Assembly (NCBI GenBank): GCA_028534125.1
Contig: CM052817.1
Location: 75,022,001-75,086,000 of the forward strand
Source of the DNA: Lama glama
Taxonomy: Eukaryota
Length of the DNA: 64,000 nt
Direction: 5' to 3'
Shown here: positions 50,164-64,000 of the stretch, in pieces
Numbering within the stretch: the stretch's first letter is position 1
Layout of the letters: each line of letters starts with the position of its first letter
Made by a program: the position numbers and the translations under genes
Notes under the pieces: model-generated
Told to the model about the DNA's origin: nothing
What the model saw: the letters and a program-made list of their open reading frames with translations, nothing else
Database searches by the model: none

Positions 50164-53100
50164 TATCTTTTCATTTACTTGTGTAAGAAGTCTTCAGTAT
50201 ACAATGAGATCAGTTGTGTCCTTTCAGGTAAAAGCTGCACGAACCCCGCCCATTCCCTTTAGTACACTTATACATTGGGGTCTAACAGGAGCTCATGATA
50301 ATAACAGCAGGACAGCAATGATATCCGTTCCTCTATGACTTTACACCCATTTTTCTCTTGCCATGTGGCTCTACTGTGAATACGCAGGATTTTCTTCATA
50401 AATGGACCAGTAGCTATCAAGTTTAAAAGAAAATTTACAACTTTAAGTCATGCAGTCATTTTAAATACCATAGACCTCAATGTTCTCATGGCCTTCTAGA
50501 CTGTAATTGTTTTGCTTTATTTTTGGAATTTCATGACTTATGGAAGAACATTCTAAACTGTATGAAATCAGGCCTAAAATGCATCACACATTAAATTTGT
50601 ATGTAGTATAATATTTTGAATGGGTGATTTTGAAGAGAACCTTTTTTAAATAAAGACTGATAATAGAACTATATGCATTTTATCTGTGAAATTCTCTTCT
50701 TACCTCCATTTCTCCTGGTGGAAAATTTTGGGTTGGAATTACTCAGGCACATGAAACTGTATCCACTAGTGAATGCAGGTACATATTCTGGATCGAAACT
50801 TATAAATTCTGGTATCGGAAGCTATGCAAGTTGTATACCCTTGAATCCCAAGCTGTGTTCACTGTGTCTGATGATGTCTAAAGCACCAAACTCTGGGTAT
50901 ATAGGTGTCTCAAGTTACACACAGGGATCTCTTAAACCACATATTACACAGTAGTGACTGAAGCTTTGAACACTGTGTAGTGTAAAAAGGTAGACTCTAT
51001 TCTGGTCCCTGAAGCCACACACTGGAAATGTGTAATCTGAACCATGCACCTGAACCATGCATTGTCCTCTGAGGCTCCACCTTTTGTCTGCATGGGCACT
51101 GGAAGCATTTACTCCCTTTATGTGAGTTTCTTTACACAGTGGCGTTTACAGCTGTACAGACAGAGATTTAGATCTTTACCAAACCTTCTTTTCCTTTCAC
51201 CCAGAGGCACCGTTTTAAGGGCTTATATTTAGGCATATCGATGTGCAGGCCAACAGCTTGGAATTTATTTTGTTACTGACTTTTAAACCTCTGCAACTTT
51301 CTGTGACTGATCAACTTAGCTGGTTAGCTTCCAATGTTGACATAATCAAGCTTCTGTGGTCAATCTCACTATGAAAATGACCTATATTCCCCTTTTCCTT
51401 CCATCTTTCCTTCCTTCCCCTTGTCATTGTATCTACTCACTACTATGAGGCTCTCTCATTAGTGTATATGAAGGCATTTAAAAGAAATCTGGGAAGAATT
51501 CATAAAATAACAGAACTACTGCTAAATATAAAAGTAAAATCAAATCTCCTATCTCAGTTCAGTTCAGAAAACCTACATGGAAGACTGGGTCTTGTGCTTC
51601 TTAATTGGGACACAAAGATGAATGGTTGTCAAGTTACCCAGAATTTATAGACAGAGGCCAACCACTATCAAGGCGACCACAATACCAGGTGGACTGTCCC
51701 ATGTACTACAGTGAAGTTATTAAAAACAACTGCTTAAGATCACTAAGATGAAAACTGTTAGTATTAGTTAGGACCATGAGTGGAGTATCTCATAGACAGT
51801 TTTCTTCATAAGGTATCTAAGAATGACCTGGAATGGGATAGAAGGTTTGCCAGAGATTTTGGTCACAAGTCACAGAAATTGCCTCTAATTCAGTATTTAC
51901 AGATTTAGCAAATCTTCACGGGATGTGTTCTTTCTTTCTTTCTTCCACTCTTTGTTATCAATATTCCCTAATATAGCAGACTTACAAGGGAGGTAACAGA
52001 GAAAACAATGACAGACCCCCAGTGACACAAAATGTTAAGCCGTAGTCATTGAACAACTAAAATGAGATTATCAATAGCATTTTTCTTACTAATTCAAATT
52101 TCAGTTGCATCTCATAAATAACTTTAAAAATAATCATAGCATAAAACTTACACATTTATATCATCATAGAGGTTTCTGCTCATGCATGTATTCAAATATA
52201 AATTACACAGTCTCTAAGAGACTGACTTAGGCCTACAGTCTTTAACATGAGAACCAGTGAGATACTAGGTGTAGTAGTATATTTCAGGAACTGTAAGGTG
52301 CACTAAAGACATCTATGTGTGAAATCTGCAAACACTTAACTACTGTACAAGAACCGACAGCAAATTTGAAGAAGCTATATTCACAGTTTCACAAACTGTG
52401 TAAGAGCAGTCCTTGGGGAAATGCTAGGTCTTTGTTGAATAAGTATGATAACTTGAATTTCAATCAGATATCAATTTCCTGCCAAAGAGTTGTCTCTGTT
52501 ATCTAATATAGTTACTTTCATGGCAAAACGTATTAGATTTAAAAGGTCAAAATTTTGGATGCCTCTGCTTTTATTTAATAAGTATTAAATGGTCTGTTTT
52601 GCATTGAAACATTTTAAAGGGTACAGAAACATTTTGTTCCTACAGCTATTACAGTTATTTTCATAACAGAGGTTTATTTCTTCATAAAAGGCGTTTGAAC
52701 TTTCAAATTACTGCACTGTTATATTGACCAGCTGACCCATGCAGCAGTGCTCTGGAAATGTTCTCCAAACGGGGGCTGGACAAAACAATCAATTCAAAAG
52801 CAGCTCTACTAGAGAGTTCTGTATTAAGAAATTATTCTTCTGAGTTTATGATTTAACTCTCAACTCATTAACATTATATATTATTCTAAAATAAAATCTA
52901 CCCTGGCCTTCATCATATCCCAGGATTTAGGACCAAGATTAAGCTAACAGAGATTAAGTCACAGAAACAGAGCCACTGTAGATAGAAGAAAGAGAATAGT
53001 TATGTGAAATGAAAGCCGGGGTATCTCGAAAGATGTTTATTCATTTGGCAGAATATGAGAGACTCTCTCACAGAGAGAGATAATTTGTCCAATTTTATTT

Positions 53101-54739
53101 TGACAATATAGTGGATTTTATTTCATGTCCCCAAATAGACGGATTAGTGCTATGAGGCTGCTTCTTATCTCAGAGCTTTTGTTAAAAAGATGAGCTATAG
53201 CCCACATCCTTTTCCTAACCATGAAAGGTTTGCCAATGTTGGTTTCATCCAACTAAGGTATTAGAACGATCTTCATTTAATGTCATTTTATCAGGTCAGT
53301 GTCTGCCAAAGAGATATAATGACTTTTCATTTTTTATCATATCATATAAAAACATATTTGTGTTCAACACTTTTCACCCACCTATTTTCCTCCCTAACAG
53401 CTTTGCCTCACAAGACCCATTTCAATACTCCTTCACCTGAACACTACATACTTATGAAGTTCATTCACTGTTTTCTAGAAGGTGACACAGTAATTCTCAC
53501 TATTGAAGAAATAAAACTGCTCTTATAGGAAAAGGGCTGAATTTACAAGCCTAGAGGATGATAATATTTAGTATATTATGCTAATCATTTGATTCCTATG
53601 GATGGAAGTGCCAGTGACATCTCATTGTTTTATAAGTTTTCAAATTCTCTAGGCAAATGGTCTATAGGATCCTAGTGAATAAACGAACTATGTAAGTCAA
53701 ATCAAATAGTATCAGCAACATCAGGATTTAAGCCAAGAATGCTAATGGATTGTTCTTTTAAAACCTGTTGAAGTAAAAGTCAGCATAAAATCTCTTACTT
53801 CATTTCTGAAAGCCCTTTGTCATCCAGCAAAATGTGATTTTAATATATTTATCTGTGGTTTGCTAAGGTATTAAAATAAAATGAGAATCCATCTCCTTAT
53901 TGTTGGTCTACAAGGGAAGTTTCTCCTGTGTGCTTTAACCCATAAGCTTATTAATCATTCTAAGGCTTTTGTCAAAAGGAGAGTGCAGCTTAAGTGATGC
54001 AATTATGGCCCTGGATATCTGGGGTCTATTTTCAGTTCTCCACCTCGCTTGTGCTTAGTGATTTAGGAAGGCGTTTAACTTCACTGGGGTAGAATTTCGT
54101 GTATATATATATTTCTCATTTGCTGAGTATTTCAGTGAGAGGAACCCATGTTAGGCATGCTCAGCAACGACTAAAGAGAATTCCCAGGGATCAAAGGAAT
54201 TCCTGGAGATAGTTGGCTTTAAATGTATTACGTACCAACAGCACAGAATGTGACTCCAGGATGATTTCTGCTCCTTTTTCTTTTATCTCGTTGTACTTCC
54301 ACCTATTTCTTGATTAATTTATTCACATTATATATGTGATTGCCATGACGTTTGTCTGATATGCTGACTGGTAAACTGGTGCCAGAACTTTGTAAAATGT
54401 TAACTATACGTATATACCTATAAACAAAAGTTTGATAACTATGATGCTCTAAGATCTTAAGTGGCCAATGTAGAAACCAAGGTAGGATAGTTTAAATATT
54501 ACTTTCTAAAAATATTTAGAAGGGTTTTCCAATTTAACAGCAAATCTTTATGAAGCAGCAGCAGCAAAATTTACTTGATTGTCTTTATTTTACTTGAAGA
54601 GTATATGGGATCACTGCCCAGTTGAATATCTTATAAAAATATTAGACAGAATGTTCCTTAGAGCACTGTGACTGCATAGTAGTTCTTAGAATATAAATTG
54701 TATTAAATATTTCATAACAGCACTTAATATAACATATAT

Positions 54740-54893
54740 TTCACTTTTTAATAAGACAATATTATTTCTCTTCCACTAGAATGAAAACTACATAAGGTCA
54801 TGGATTTTGTATTGTTTTTTATATTACCACATCTCCAGTGCCTCAGAGGATCTGGCAAAAATCTCACCTGATAAATATTTGTTGAGTGAATGT
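54740..54893 (+). mobile_element. L2 3' end
   Basis: 'ccactagaatgaaaactacataagg...catctccagtgcctcagaggatctggca...ataaatatttgttgagtgaatg'. Confidence 0.7.
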
Positions 54894-55759
54894 ACATTAA
54901 AAAGAAAATTCTGAGATGCCAGTTTAGTTTCCTAACACTTGGGTAGGACATAGAAACAGACAAGGTACAATTAAGGGTTATAATTTTTGTTTATATAGAT
55001 TAAAACAATTATATATCTATACTTTATAAACAAACTTAATAATTTAGAATAAAATATGCTTAGATTCCATATTTAGAAAAGCTAAATAAATATAATTCTC
55101 TGTAACTCTGCCTTTATTTTCATACAGGCTAACTTTTTTTTGCACTTAATAACTCTTTTGGATATACTTATCAGCTTTCTCAGATTCACTTTGTTTTAAA
55201 TAAATTAAACAAGTAATATTATTTCTAAATGCTTAAATTGTACAAATTTGGCTAGTAGAAGCCCCTTTAATTTGACTTCTTATCCTTTCACTCATTCCTC
55301 TAACATTTTTGGTAGCAGGATATTCTCAACCCTTCCTTCCTCATTTTCTTAGTCCCAAGGCATGGAATTGGGGACCTTCAAAGCAGTCTTGATTTCTTTC
55401 ACTAGAGAATATAAGCAGGGGACTGGCTCCCTGGTGAGTTGGTGGTGGGTAAGTGTTTTGCCAGGATATTGCTACTTAGGCAATTTTATGAGTGAAAGAA
55501 CTTGAAAAATATTTCCTTTCTGGTTATAAGCTGACATTGATCTTACAAATTTAACATATTGTGTTGCTTACCCTAGTAATAGTGTGTGGTTTCATTGATC
55601 ACCACAGTTTTCTCTATATTGACATTTGGCACACCAGATGTCAGGCTGAGTTAGCAACAAAGACAACCTAGGGCACAGGAGGTAATATACGAGCCAGAAA
55701 CCATGACTAGACTACTGGAATGTAAATGTGATTTAAGGTTTTCCTTTACAAACCTTTGT

Positions 55760-55990
55760 TAAATACCAGCTCCTGCTTTCTGCCTCTGACACCCACTAAC
55801 GCTTTCACTTTGCTTCATTTTTTTCTATAGCAGATACAAAATATTTTTATATTTGTTACCTATTTACTTCACTGGAATCTAAGCTCTGTGAAGAGATTAT
55901 ATTCAATTTTGTTTGCCATTATGTTCCCATTGCCTAAAAGGGTGTTTGGCATATAATATTCCCTTAATAATTATTTGTTAAATAAATGAA
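55760..55990 (+). mobile_element. L2 3' end
   Basis: 'actggaatctaagctctgtgaag...cccattgcctaaaagggtgtttggcatataat...aataattatttgttaaataaatgaa'. Confidence 0.7.
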
Positions 55991-56009
55991 CTAATTTTTC
56001 TCCTTATAG

Positions 56010-56830
56010 AATCCATAGGCTGGATGACATCACCAAAAGTGAATGTTTAAAGAGAAAGAGTGGAAAGTGAAGAATGTAGTTAAATCATATTGTGTTTCAG
56101 GACAAAGTGAAGAATAATCCAAAATGGTGGCTCAGAAAGAGTCTCTGGGGAAAAAAAAAAAAGAAAGAAAACAAAACAAAAAACAAGAGACAGAGGCCAA
56201 AGAAAAAAGGAACCTAAATTGGGTTTTGTGGTCAATAGCATCAAATGTACATAGTGGTTAAGAAAAGAAAAATTTCCCATTATCTTGGACACTGTGCAGT
56301 GCTGTTTCGGACCTGGCAAGAGCTGTTCCAGTGCAGTAGTGAGAGTGACGCCAAGTACTGGATTCCGGAGGAGCGAATGGAAAGTAAGGCCATAAAGTGA
56401 ACGTACATTTAGCATTTCCTCAAAAAATTTGGTATAAAGGAGAGGATGGAAATGTGGAAACTCTGAACAGTTTTTCTGCTTTTCTTTATAAAGTGATTTG
56501 AATATACTTTATATTATGGGAGTAAAGATTAAGTAAGGATTTGAAGATAAGAAGAGAAGATGATTGATGACTCAAGATCCCTGAAGGAATAAGTGGGTAT
56601 GAAATCCAAAGCATAAAAGAATGATCACCACTGACAAGGATAAGGGCACATTTCTCCACTGACAGCAGAGAGCACAGTGTAAACTGGTAGGATACGAAGA
56701 ACAGCTGGGGAGGATTTCCAAGTGACAGAATTGACTCATTAATGTCCAGGGAAGTTGGAGGCAAGGTCTCCTACCAAGAATGTGGGAGAAATGACAGAAG
56801 GATATATCTGAAGAGAGACCCAGTGATGAG
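56010..56830 (-). mobile_element. L2 internal fragment
   Basis: Purine-rich L2 antisense: 'ggatgacatcaccaa', 'gtggtcaatagcatcaaatg', 'caagagctgttccagtgcagtagtgag'. Confidence 0.6.
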
Positions 56831-59329
56831 AAGGCATAGATTTTGGAGACGAGACAAAAGAATTGACGTAAGTGACAGGTAACAGTTCTGAAGTATTTAA
56901 ATGACATAACAAATTATGTCACTTATTTTATTTGCTCCTCTTTGCTTTGACTCAAACTACTGCCAGATATAGAGGCCCGGAACTAGTTTTCTAACTTTTT
57001 AAAGATGACTTAAACTTGTTTCCTGCTGGAAGAATATTGGGGCACTTCCATTCATACATATAACAAAATACTTATCAAAGTCTTTTCTATATTGTCCTTT
57101 GATTACTGTGGCCCGCATTTTCATGTGAAATTTCACATGAGAAATCATTTTGCTGGAAACGTCTTTTTGTATCATAAATCTTTCTCCAATTGCTCATTTC
57201 TTTTACCTGAAGACTTTATTCAACTTTGTATTTAATATTGTGGGTTTGCTTATTTACTACTTCCTATTTTAGTCATAAAATGCTACCGTGAGACAAGTAT
57301 TTCCACGGAGTCTCTCGGTGTATGAGATTTTTCTGTCACTTTTAGGTCTTTTCCCGTCCGCTGTCTTCTTTCTTCTGGTCTCCTCACCCATTTCCACTTT
57401 GTTCCAGGCTTCATCTCTTTTTTGTATCACTGTCTCCAACAATAAGAATGTACAGTTGGAGCGATACATATGTGTGCTGAGATTAGGGACAGTATTTCTC
57501 ACCAGATATGGCATAATCATAGCAGGGGTGTGTGAGCAGAATTGCAGTAAAAGTACAGGACAATTGGTTTAAGTTCTGCAACTGTATTTTTGCCCTCAGC
57601 CTATGGGTTGCATTAAATACATATTGTACTTCCAGTTTATGATTTTGGAAACATTTTAGTATTTACATTAAATAAAATTGTAGTCTAACCAAAAGAAATA
57701 GAATAAAAGTTTTACTAGAAGTTTCGATATTGTTATGTCTTCTCAGTCTAGAATAAAATTAAAACATAATGATGATTGCTGGGAAACAGCAACATTCATA
57801 CAAAGTTATTCCATGCACATTTCTACCTAGTATTTTGACTTCTATCCTGGTAAATTAATTTTCTTGGGATTTCTTTGGTTCTCAGTAAATAGCAGAATAT
57901 TCCATAAGGCAGAAAGTTATTAAAAGTATTTATAATGAAGGGAATTGAGACATTATTAATCAAAGACAATCAATCAAGCATAGTTGATTGTGTTTAATTA
58001 GACCCAAGAATAGAGAGAAATAAATATTAATGTCATCCTCTAAGCTCCTATAGTGGAACAAAAATGTCTAAGAAAGCAACATTCATTATTTAGGTCCCTA
58101 ACACTAATAATACTTCTTCCCTATAATTGATTTCATTCTTATAATATTAAAAAATATTGCATCCTATACCTGTAGGAGTATTTAAATGAAAAAAAATACA
58201 GTAATGGATAGGTCTCATTTCTTCTTCATTTACATCAAATTTCCTGAAATGTTTGGGTCTTCATAGGTAGAAGAAGAGCTCTGGGGTCATTTTCCCTTAA
58301 ATCTTCTACCTTTTTATTCAGTAGCTTTTATCCTCGTTCTGATTTAATGTACTTTTCCTGCTTTTGTATTTCATTTGAACAATATATTATTTTTCCATTT
58401 AATATCCAAAGCACTAAAAATTACTTAAATCTTTGTACCTGAGAGCTTTACTCCTGAGACTTCCTATGTCTTCCTTACTAATCCAAGCATCTGTATTATG
58501 ATTAGTACCATTTATTACCAAAAGTGGGTACAACTTCCCAAATCAGAGTATGTACTGTACAAGGCAAAATCAAGCTACCTAACCTTTCACAAATAAGGAG
58601 GGGTGTGAAATATCGGTGACACACTGGACAGAGGAACAGTGAGACCAGCAGGCCATTTAACCTACATCATCTCCACAGTGCCTTTAAAAAATGATTATGC
58701 CATTATGTTCTTTCTTGCTTTTACTATGCCATAATGTCTTACGTTTCAAATCATTAATTAAAACATTTTAAGAGCAGGGAACTGGCTGATTTAGAATAAG
58801 TAATTTAAATCTGGAAAGGGTTTCTTCTAAAATATATCAAAGCTAACTTAGAAGTTCTTCTCTTTTGCTTACACTGCCTGAGGATTGAGTGCATGGTGGA
58901 GACAGTGTTATAAAAGTTCTAATTCAACAAGATCACCAAGGAGGATTTTATAATTTTATGAAAGAAATGTAGAGTATGTCACCAAAGTACTCGCTGGAGA
59001 AAAGAATTTTCATGTTCAAAATATCTTTTCTGTATTTTTTTTTAAAAAAATCATGAGGCACATTAGTTTCAAATTTATAATAGAATATATTCATTTTCCA
59101 CAGTAAGACATCAATTTTTCTTAATTTCAAGAAGTATGAAAGTATACAGAAAGAAAAACTAATCTATATCAAGTAAAGAGGTAAAGTTTGCTTTGTTACT
59201 TTTTGAAATAATAAAAAAAAATCAGAGTAACAGAGAATGTCCAAAATCACAATTTTACAGAAATAAATGTCATTTATGAGCTCACATTTTAGTGGTGTGA
59301 AATAGAAAATAACAAAATATATAAGTAAA

Positions 59330-60660
59330 ATAAATAATGTATGATAATGCTGATCAATGTTATAAAGACAAATTAAATAAGGAAAGGAGCCAATTGCCAT
59401 TTTAAATGGGGTGGCAAAGAGAAGCTTCACTCAGTCAAATGGCATTTGAGTAAAGACCTGAAGGCTTGAGTGTCAAGCCACATAGGTATGCAGGGCAGGA
59501 GAAGTCCAGGGAGAGCAAGAGTGGTTCAGAAACACACCTGGTGTGAGACCAGAAGAGCAGGGATGTGAGTTTGGCTGAAGTACCTCTCTGCGGGTTATTA
59601 AGTTAGAAAGGTGCTGGTGGGAGTGGGAATCTTGTATTTGCTTACACGCTTCTCTCACGCCTTTGATGTTTACTCTGAGTGACATAGAGGACTACAAAAG
59701 GGTTCCATGTTTTATGAATTACATTTTAACGGGATTATCTTACTGCTATGTAGAAGAACAGCTTGAAATATGGTCAGGGAAGAGACAGGAAGACTAGTTT
59801 CAAGGAAATGAGAGAAATATTGGTGACTTGGCCAGAGAAGCAGCAGTGGAGGCAGTAAAGAGTGGTAGGATTCTGCCTATATTTTGAAGAAAACACTAAC
59901 AGGTTTTCTGGAAATTGGAAATAAGGTGGAAGGAGACTGGAAGAGCTGTTAAGCTTTTGCTTGAGTAATGGAAAGGAGGAAGTTGTCATTAATGAAATGG
60001 CAAGTTTATGGGAAGAGACAGTTTGAGTGGTAGTGATGGGGAGGGATGGTTAGTGATTGAAAGTTCAGCTTTAGGGATTCTCAGTTTAAAATACTTGTAA
60101 GAATCAAAGCTGAAACACTAGTTAAGTGACTATGAATCTAAATTTCAGTAGAGAACTGTAGAGATATAAATATGGGAGTCATTACCATAAAATGGTATTT
60201 AAAATGATAAAATTGGATGATATCACTAAATGTTTGAATGAAGATGAAAAAGAGAAGTCATTAAAGGTCTATAAAAGGTCATAATGCGGAGGTATTCTGA
60301 TATTGGAGATGAGGTAGAACCATTAAAAGAGAAGGAGAAAGAGCAGCCAGGTAAGGAGAGAAAGAAGATCAGGAAAATATAGATTTTGAGGAGAGTGAAG
60401 ATAATGTTTCAAAGATAAAGGAGTGTCAAAATGTTGCTAATAACTCAAACAGGAGGGGACTGAGAAAAGGCAGTTGGATTGGGCAGAGTGGAAGTAATTA
60501 ACTACCCTTTCAGGGAGTGGGAGAGTGAAAATCATATCTGAATGAGTTCAAGAAGATATGTTGGAACTAGCAGACTGAGGCAGTTGAGAAGGTTGGTTGA
60601 AAGGAAGGAGAGGTGTGGGATGGAAAATAGAGGGAGAAGTGAGATTGAAGTTAAGATGAC
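59330..60660 (-). mobile_element. L2 (L2a-like) LINE fragment
   Basis: 'ggcatttgagtaaagacctgaagg', 'ttttactctgagtgacatagag', 'ggattctgcctatattttgaag', 'gagatataaatatgggagtcattaccataaaatggtatttaaa'. Confidence 0.8.
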
Positions 60661-61864
60661 TTCCATCACTGTGAATCTTAGCATTTCTTTCCAGTGAATC
60701 AGAATTCCCAATCAGAGTATCTATACATCTGAATTTAAATCAGCATCTGCAAACCATTATTTGATTGATTTCTACTTCATTAATAAGAAACTCAAATTTT
60801 TAATAGCTGTGACAATTTCCAAGTACATATTTTTTTTTCAGTATTTTTTTTCTTGAATATGTGATTTTAAACTGGATCAGTAACTGAGGCCTAACTAACT
60901 TTGAGATGGAAGCACAGATCAGGTACAATTTCTCTCAGGTATTTTACAGAAGATACTGTATCAAACATACTACACATATCCATAGAAAATACTTCATTAG
61001 ATTGACTAAAGAAATGTTTTGCATTTCTTTGCAATCACCTTTACAAGCAAACCATCTTCAATATTTTATACTTGATATAAATATAATGAAGGAAAATATG
61101 CAAAGGAAAGAAATTATGAGACAGGTTTCTTTAAATCAAGGGACTGATTTTGACTAACCTAGTTTTCATTTGTATCATATGTTACACTTTCATAGAGCTT
61201 TGTTCAGGCATGTAAAGAAGAGATGATAGTCAAATAAACACTATATTCATTTTCACTTCATAAACATTCCTTGGTCTTGCCAAGAAGAGTATTATTGTGA
61301 ATCAGAATAAAATATAAACAAAACCACACATCTTCATAAATGTAAGTTTTATCATACAAATAAAGAAGTGAGAATAACTGCTGTTATTCTAGAGAAGCCA
61401 AATTGAAAAATGTAAGATTTCAGAGAAAGCATGCTTCTAATGGCAGAGGAAGTCACATTCAGCTCTGTATTTAGTTTTGCTTCAAGTTACAATACAAGCT
61501 TGAATAAAGTTCAGATAAAATGTTATTATTTAAAGTTGTTTACATACTTATCCCTACATACACTATATTTTTAACACTTTTAAGTAGTGTGAAAACAGAG
61601 TCCCCTGCTGCCTTGCTTTGACAGCTTAAATAGCCTTCAAGTAATACATGATCTTTAGGAAATATCATCATGGTGAGTTTAACTAATGTACTCACTTCTG
61701 AACACATGTCTAAATGTGGTGCTATATTTCCCCCAAAATATTTGGAGCAGTTGACATACTGTTAGAGTAGTTATGAATGAATCTAGGTCTTATGAAGAAT
61801 AATGTGAATCCTTTCTTTAAAATATACACAATTATTAAATTCAATGAATTGTAATATTACCTTA

Positions 61865-63035
61865 CATTTCAATTCAATTCAATTCAATTTGACTTAGAAA
61901 AAATTCTACTAATCACTTTTAACTTACAAAGACAGTTTTGAATGTTAACAGGAGAAAGGAGAGATGACAAAGGTGCTCAGCATCTATGGAGTGACACCTT
62001 ATTTACTAACCACAAACAAGATCTGCACTAAAATCAGAGCATGGACGTTTTACTCAGTCTGAAGATTTAAGAAAGGTTTCAGAGAGGAGACATTTGAGCT
62101 GCATCTTAACACTGTAAAATAAAAGAACTGGTTTGATATGCATGATCTCACTTGATACCCCTGTTTCCTCCTCAACCCAATGCTAATTGGGCTTTCTTCT
62201 CAACTTTTTCATTGAAAACACTCTTGGTTAAGGTCATGAGGAATGAATTGCCAAGAATTTTAATAGTGAATCATGAGTTGGCCATCTTTCCTTTTTAAAA
62301 GTCTCTCTTTTATTCACTAATATTTTATTTATAGGTTTTGATTCTCTGTTCCAGAGTAGAATAGGCTATTAATAGCCCTTCCATACCCTCTTCTTCTGAT
62401 TTAGGTGTTAAATTTGCACCAGGTTTATATACTGTATTAGGTAATGTTCCCTTCTTTTTTTCATTCCTTTTTATTTTGTGAAGTTTACCTACTGTAAGAA
62501 TTCTCAGATATATTTATTGATTATATATTTTTTAAAACTTGTCTGTCAAACACATTCTTCTGTAAGAAAATAAAAAAAAATCCTGAACACATTTCTTCAA
62601 TGGCTATAGGGCTATTTATGCTTTATATTTCATCTTGAGAAAGATAAAATAAATTTTTGTAGGAATTTTTTCGTATGTCTAATTTCAAGCTTATTAACAT
62701 TGCTATCTTTATTTTTGTTCATCTCTCAGGGCCTTTTTCCCCACTTTTCCATCGGTCATGATTCTTATTTCCTTAGATCTTATAATTTAGGACTCAACTC
62801 AAAAGCAATCTCAAAAAAGACTTCCCTGACCCCACTATATGATTTCCTTACAGACAATGAGTGTTCTTCGATGTCATTAAGCTAAACACTTCCTGAAATT
62901 CTCTGCTTTGCTTAATGCATGAGAGCAAGGGACCTTCATGAAAGCAGGGTCCTGGCCTGACTATTATTGCACTGGGAATCCCTAGAGAAGTGTCTAGCTA
63001 CAGTACTCCATAACAGTTTTTGAATAAATGAATGG
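61865..63035. mobile_element. Mosaic of L2 fragments (both strands) and an old minus-strand L1M fragment (~62300-62720)
   Basis: (TTCAA)n reverse L2 tail at 61867. T-rich L1 antisense ('atttcttcaatggctatagggctattt'). L2 3' end finishing 'ttgaataaatgaatg' at ~63034. Confidence 0.55.
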
Positions 63036-63045
63036 TGCTTGTTAC

Positions 63046-63520
63046 TGTTGGAAGGCAAGTTTTCATAGTTCTCTCACATTTCTGAATATCTTGCAGTAAT
63101 ACATTGGCCGTCATTTTGTTCTGGGTATCTTTTCAAGGCTGTCTGTATAGTGAATAACCTTTGAAGATAGAGTGTTTTCTTTTGGAGCAAAGGTGATACA
63201 TGCTTATTGTCTAGTACAATAAAAGTAATTCTCTCTCCAGAGTATAGGATAGGCATGCTTATGTTCAGAGATCCTTTCCTAAAACACAGCCCATTATATG
63301 TATAGACATCCATCTGGGCCCATATGCTTTGTCTTTGTGGGGTTGGGGAGCAAAGGAAACTGATACAAATATGCTGATGCTAATGCCACCTGCAATGCTG
63401 TATGTAACACAGTTCTTTGTTTCTGACCAAGGAGTCTTATGTGTTCTCCAAGCATTCATGAAACCCTTGCAAGCTAACTTGTTTACAGGATAAAATCTCA
63501 AATCTTCATATTTCTTGACA
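63046..63520 (+). mobile_element. ERVL-class solo LTR (subfamily uncertain)
   Basis: TG...CA bounded. 'tatcttttcaagg', 'gaagatagag', 'ggagcaaagg', 'ctttgtttctgaccaaggagtctt' and 'taaaatctcaaatcttcatatttcttgaca' match a recalled eutherian LTR consensus. Confidence 0.75.
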
Positions 63521-64000
63521 ATACATACTAATGGGTTATGCAGGTATGACTTGAGGTAAAGTATGTTTGAAAGTACTGTCTTGAGGATTTAAGTAACTTG
63601 TCCAAAATGGGGATGGTTCCCATGTATTCCACCTAGTATCATTTAAAACTAGAATGAAAAACCCCAGTGTCTATGAAAATATGTACTTTTAATCTTTCTT
63701 TGCATGTATCCCTTTAATGTCTTTTGATAGTCCATGATTATATTAATGTTTATATGATCATTATTAATGACCAAGACGCAAGTTTTCATTTTCAGCTAAA
63801 GGCATTTAGTACTTCATCATTCTGAAAAAAAAAATACTTCCAATTTCCTTTGATAAAAATGGTGCTAAAACAGAATCATTTTGAAGTACTTGCCAATAGC
63901 TCATTTCCATTTTAGTTGTATTAAAATATCTATTTATATATAATTTTTACAAGTTCCATGAATATGAAGTCTTATTTGCTAATAAGCCTGAATAAAATAT

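Noticed and set aside
50673..51340. Possible processed pseudogene or coding fragment
   Set aside because: The frames I translated contain stops or nothing recognisable. No polyA tail or TSD seen.
57269..57572. Overlapping ORFs and a possible minus-strand mini-exon (…GAAATGG|gtgagg)
   Set aside because: Poor acceptor and no recognisable protein similarity.
1..64000. CRISPR array, operon or other prokaryote-type system
   Set aside because: The sequence is clearly eutherian. There are no regularly spaced repeats and no long ORFs.

Overview
AT-rich, CpG-depleted mammalian genomic DNA, very probably camelid (camel, alpaca or llama). The assignment rests on a Vic-1-type tRNA-derived SINE at 35.6 kb and camelid-style L1 3' ends. 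No protein-coding gene can be confidently called: the ORF track is almost all chance ORFs or decayed L1/L2/LTR sequence. The window is mostly transposon relics (L1M/L1MC, lineage L1s, L2, MIR, MLT1, MER21, MER31, hAT MITEs) and microsatellites. The best-supported genic feature is a promoter plus non-coding first exon on the minus strand at about 29.86-30.5 kb. It has a perfect TAG|GTAAGT donor, CCAAT/TATA motifs, (CAG)8 and two 3-codon uORFs. This would make positions 1-29.85 kb intronic and the rest upstream; I could not identify the gene. The most novel-looking object is a ~340 bp TSD-flanked retroposon at 3859-4202 that joins an L1 5'-UTR start directly to an L1 3'-UTR end at an apparent splice junction. 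Repeat family names are from recall of consensus sequences, not a search, and old-repeat boundaries are approximate. No CRISPR or prokaryote-type system is present.
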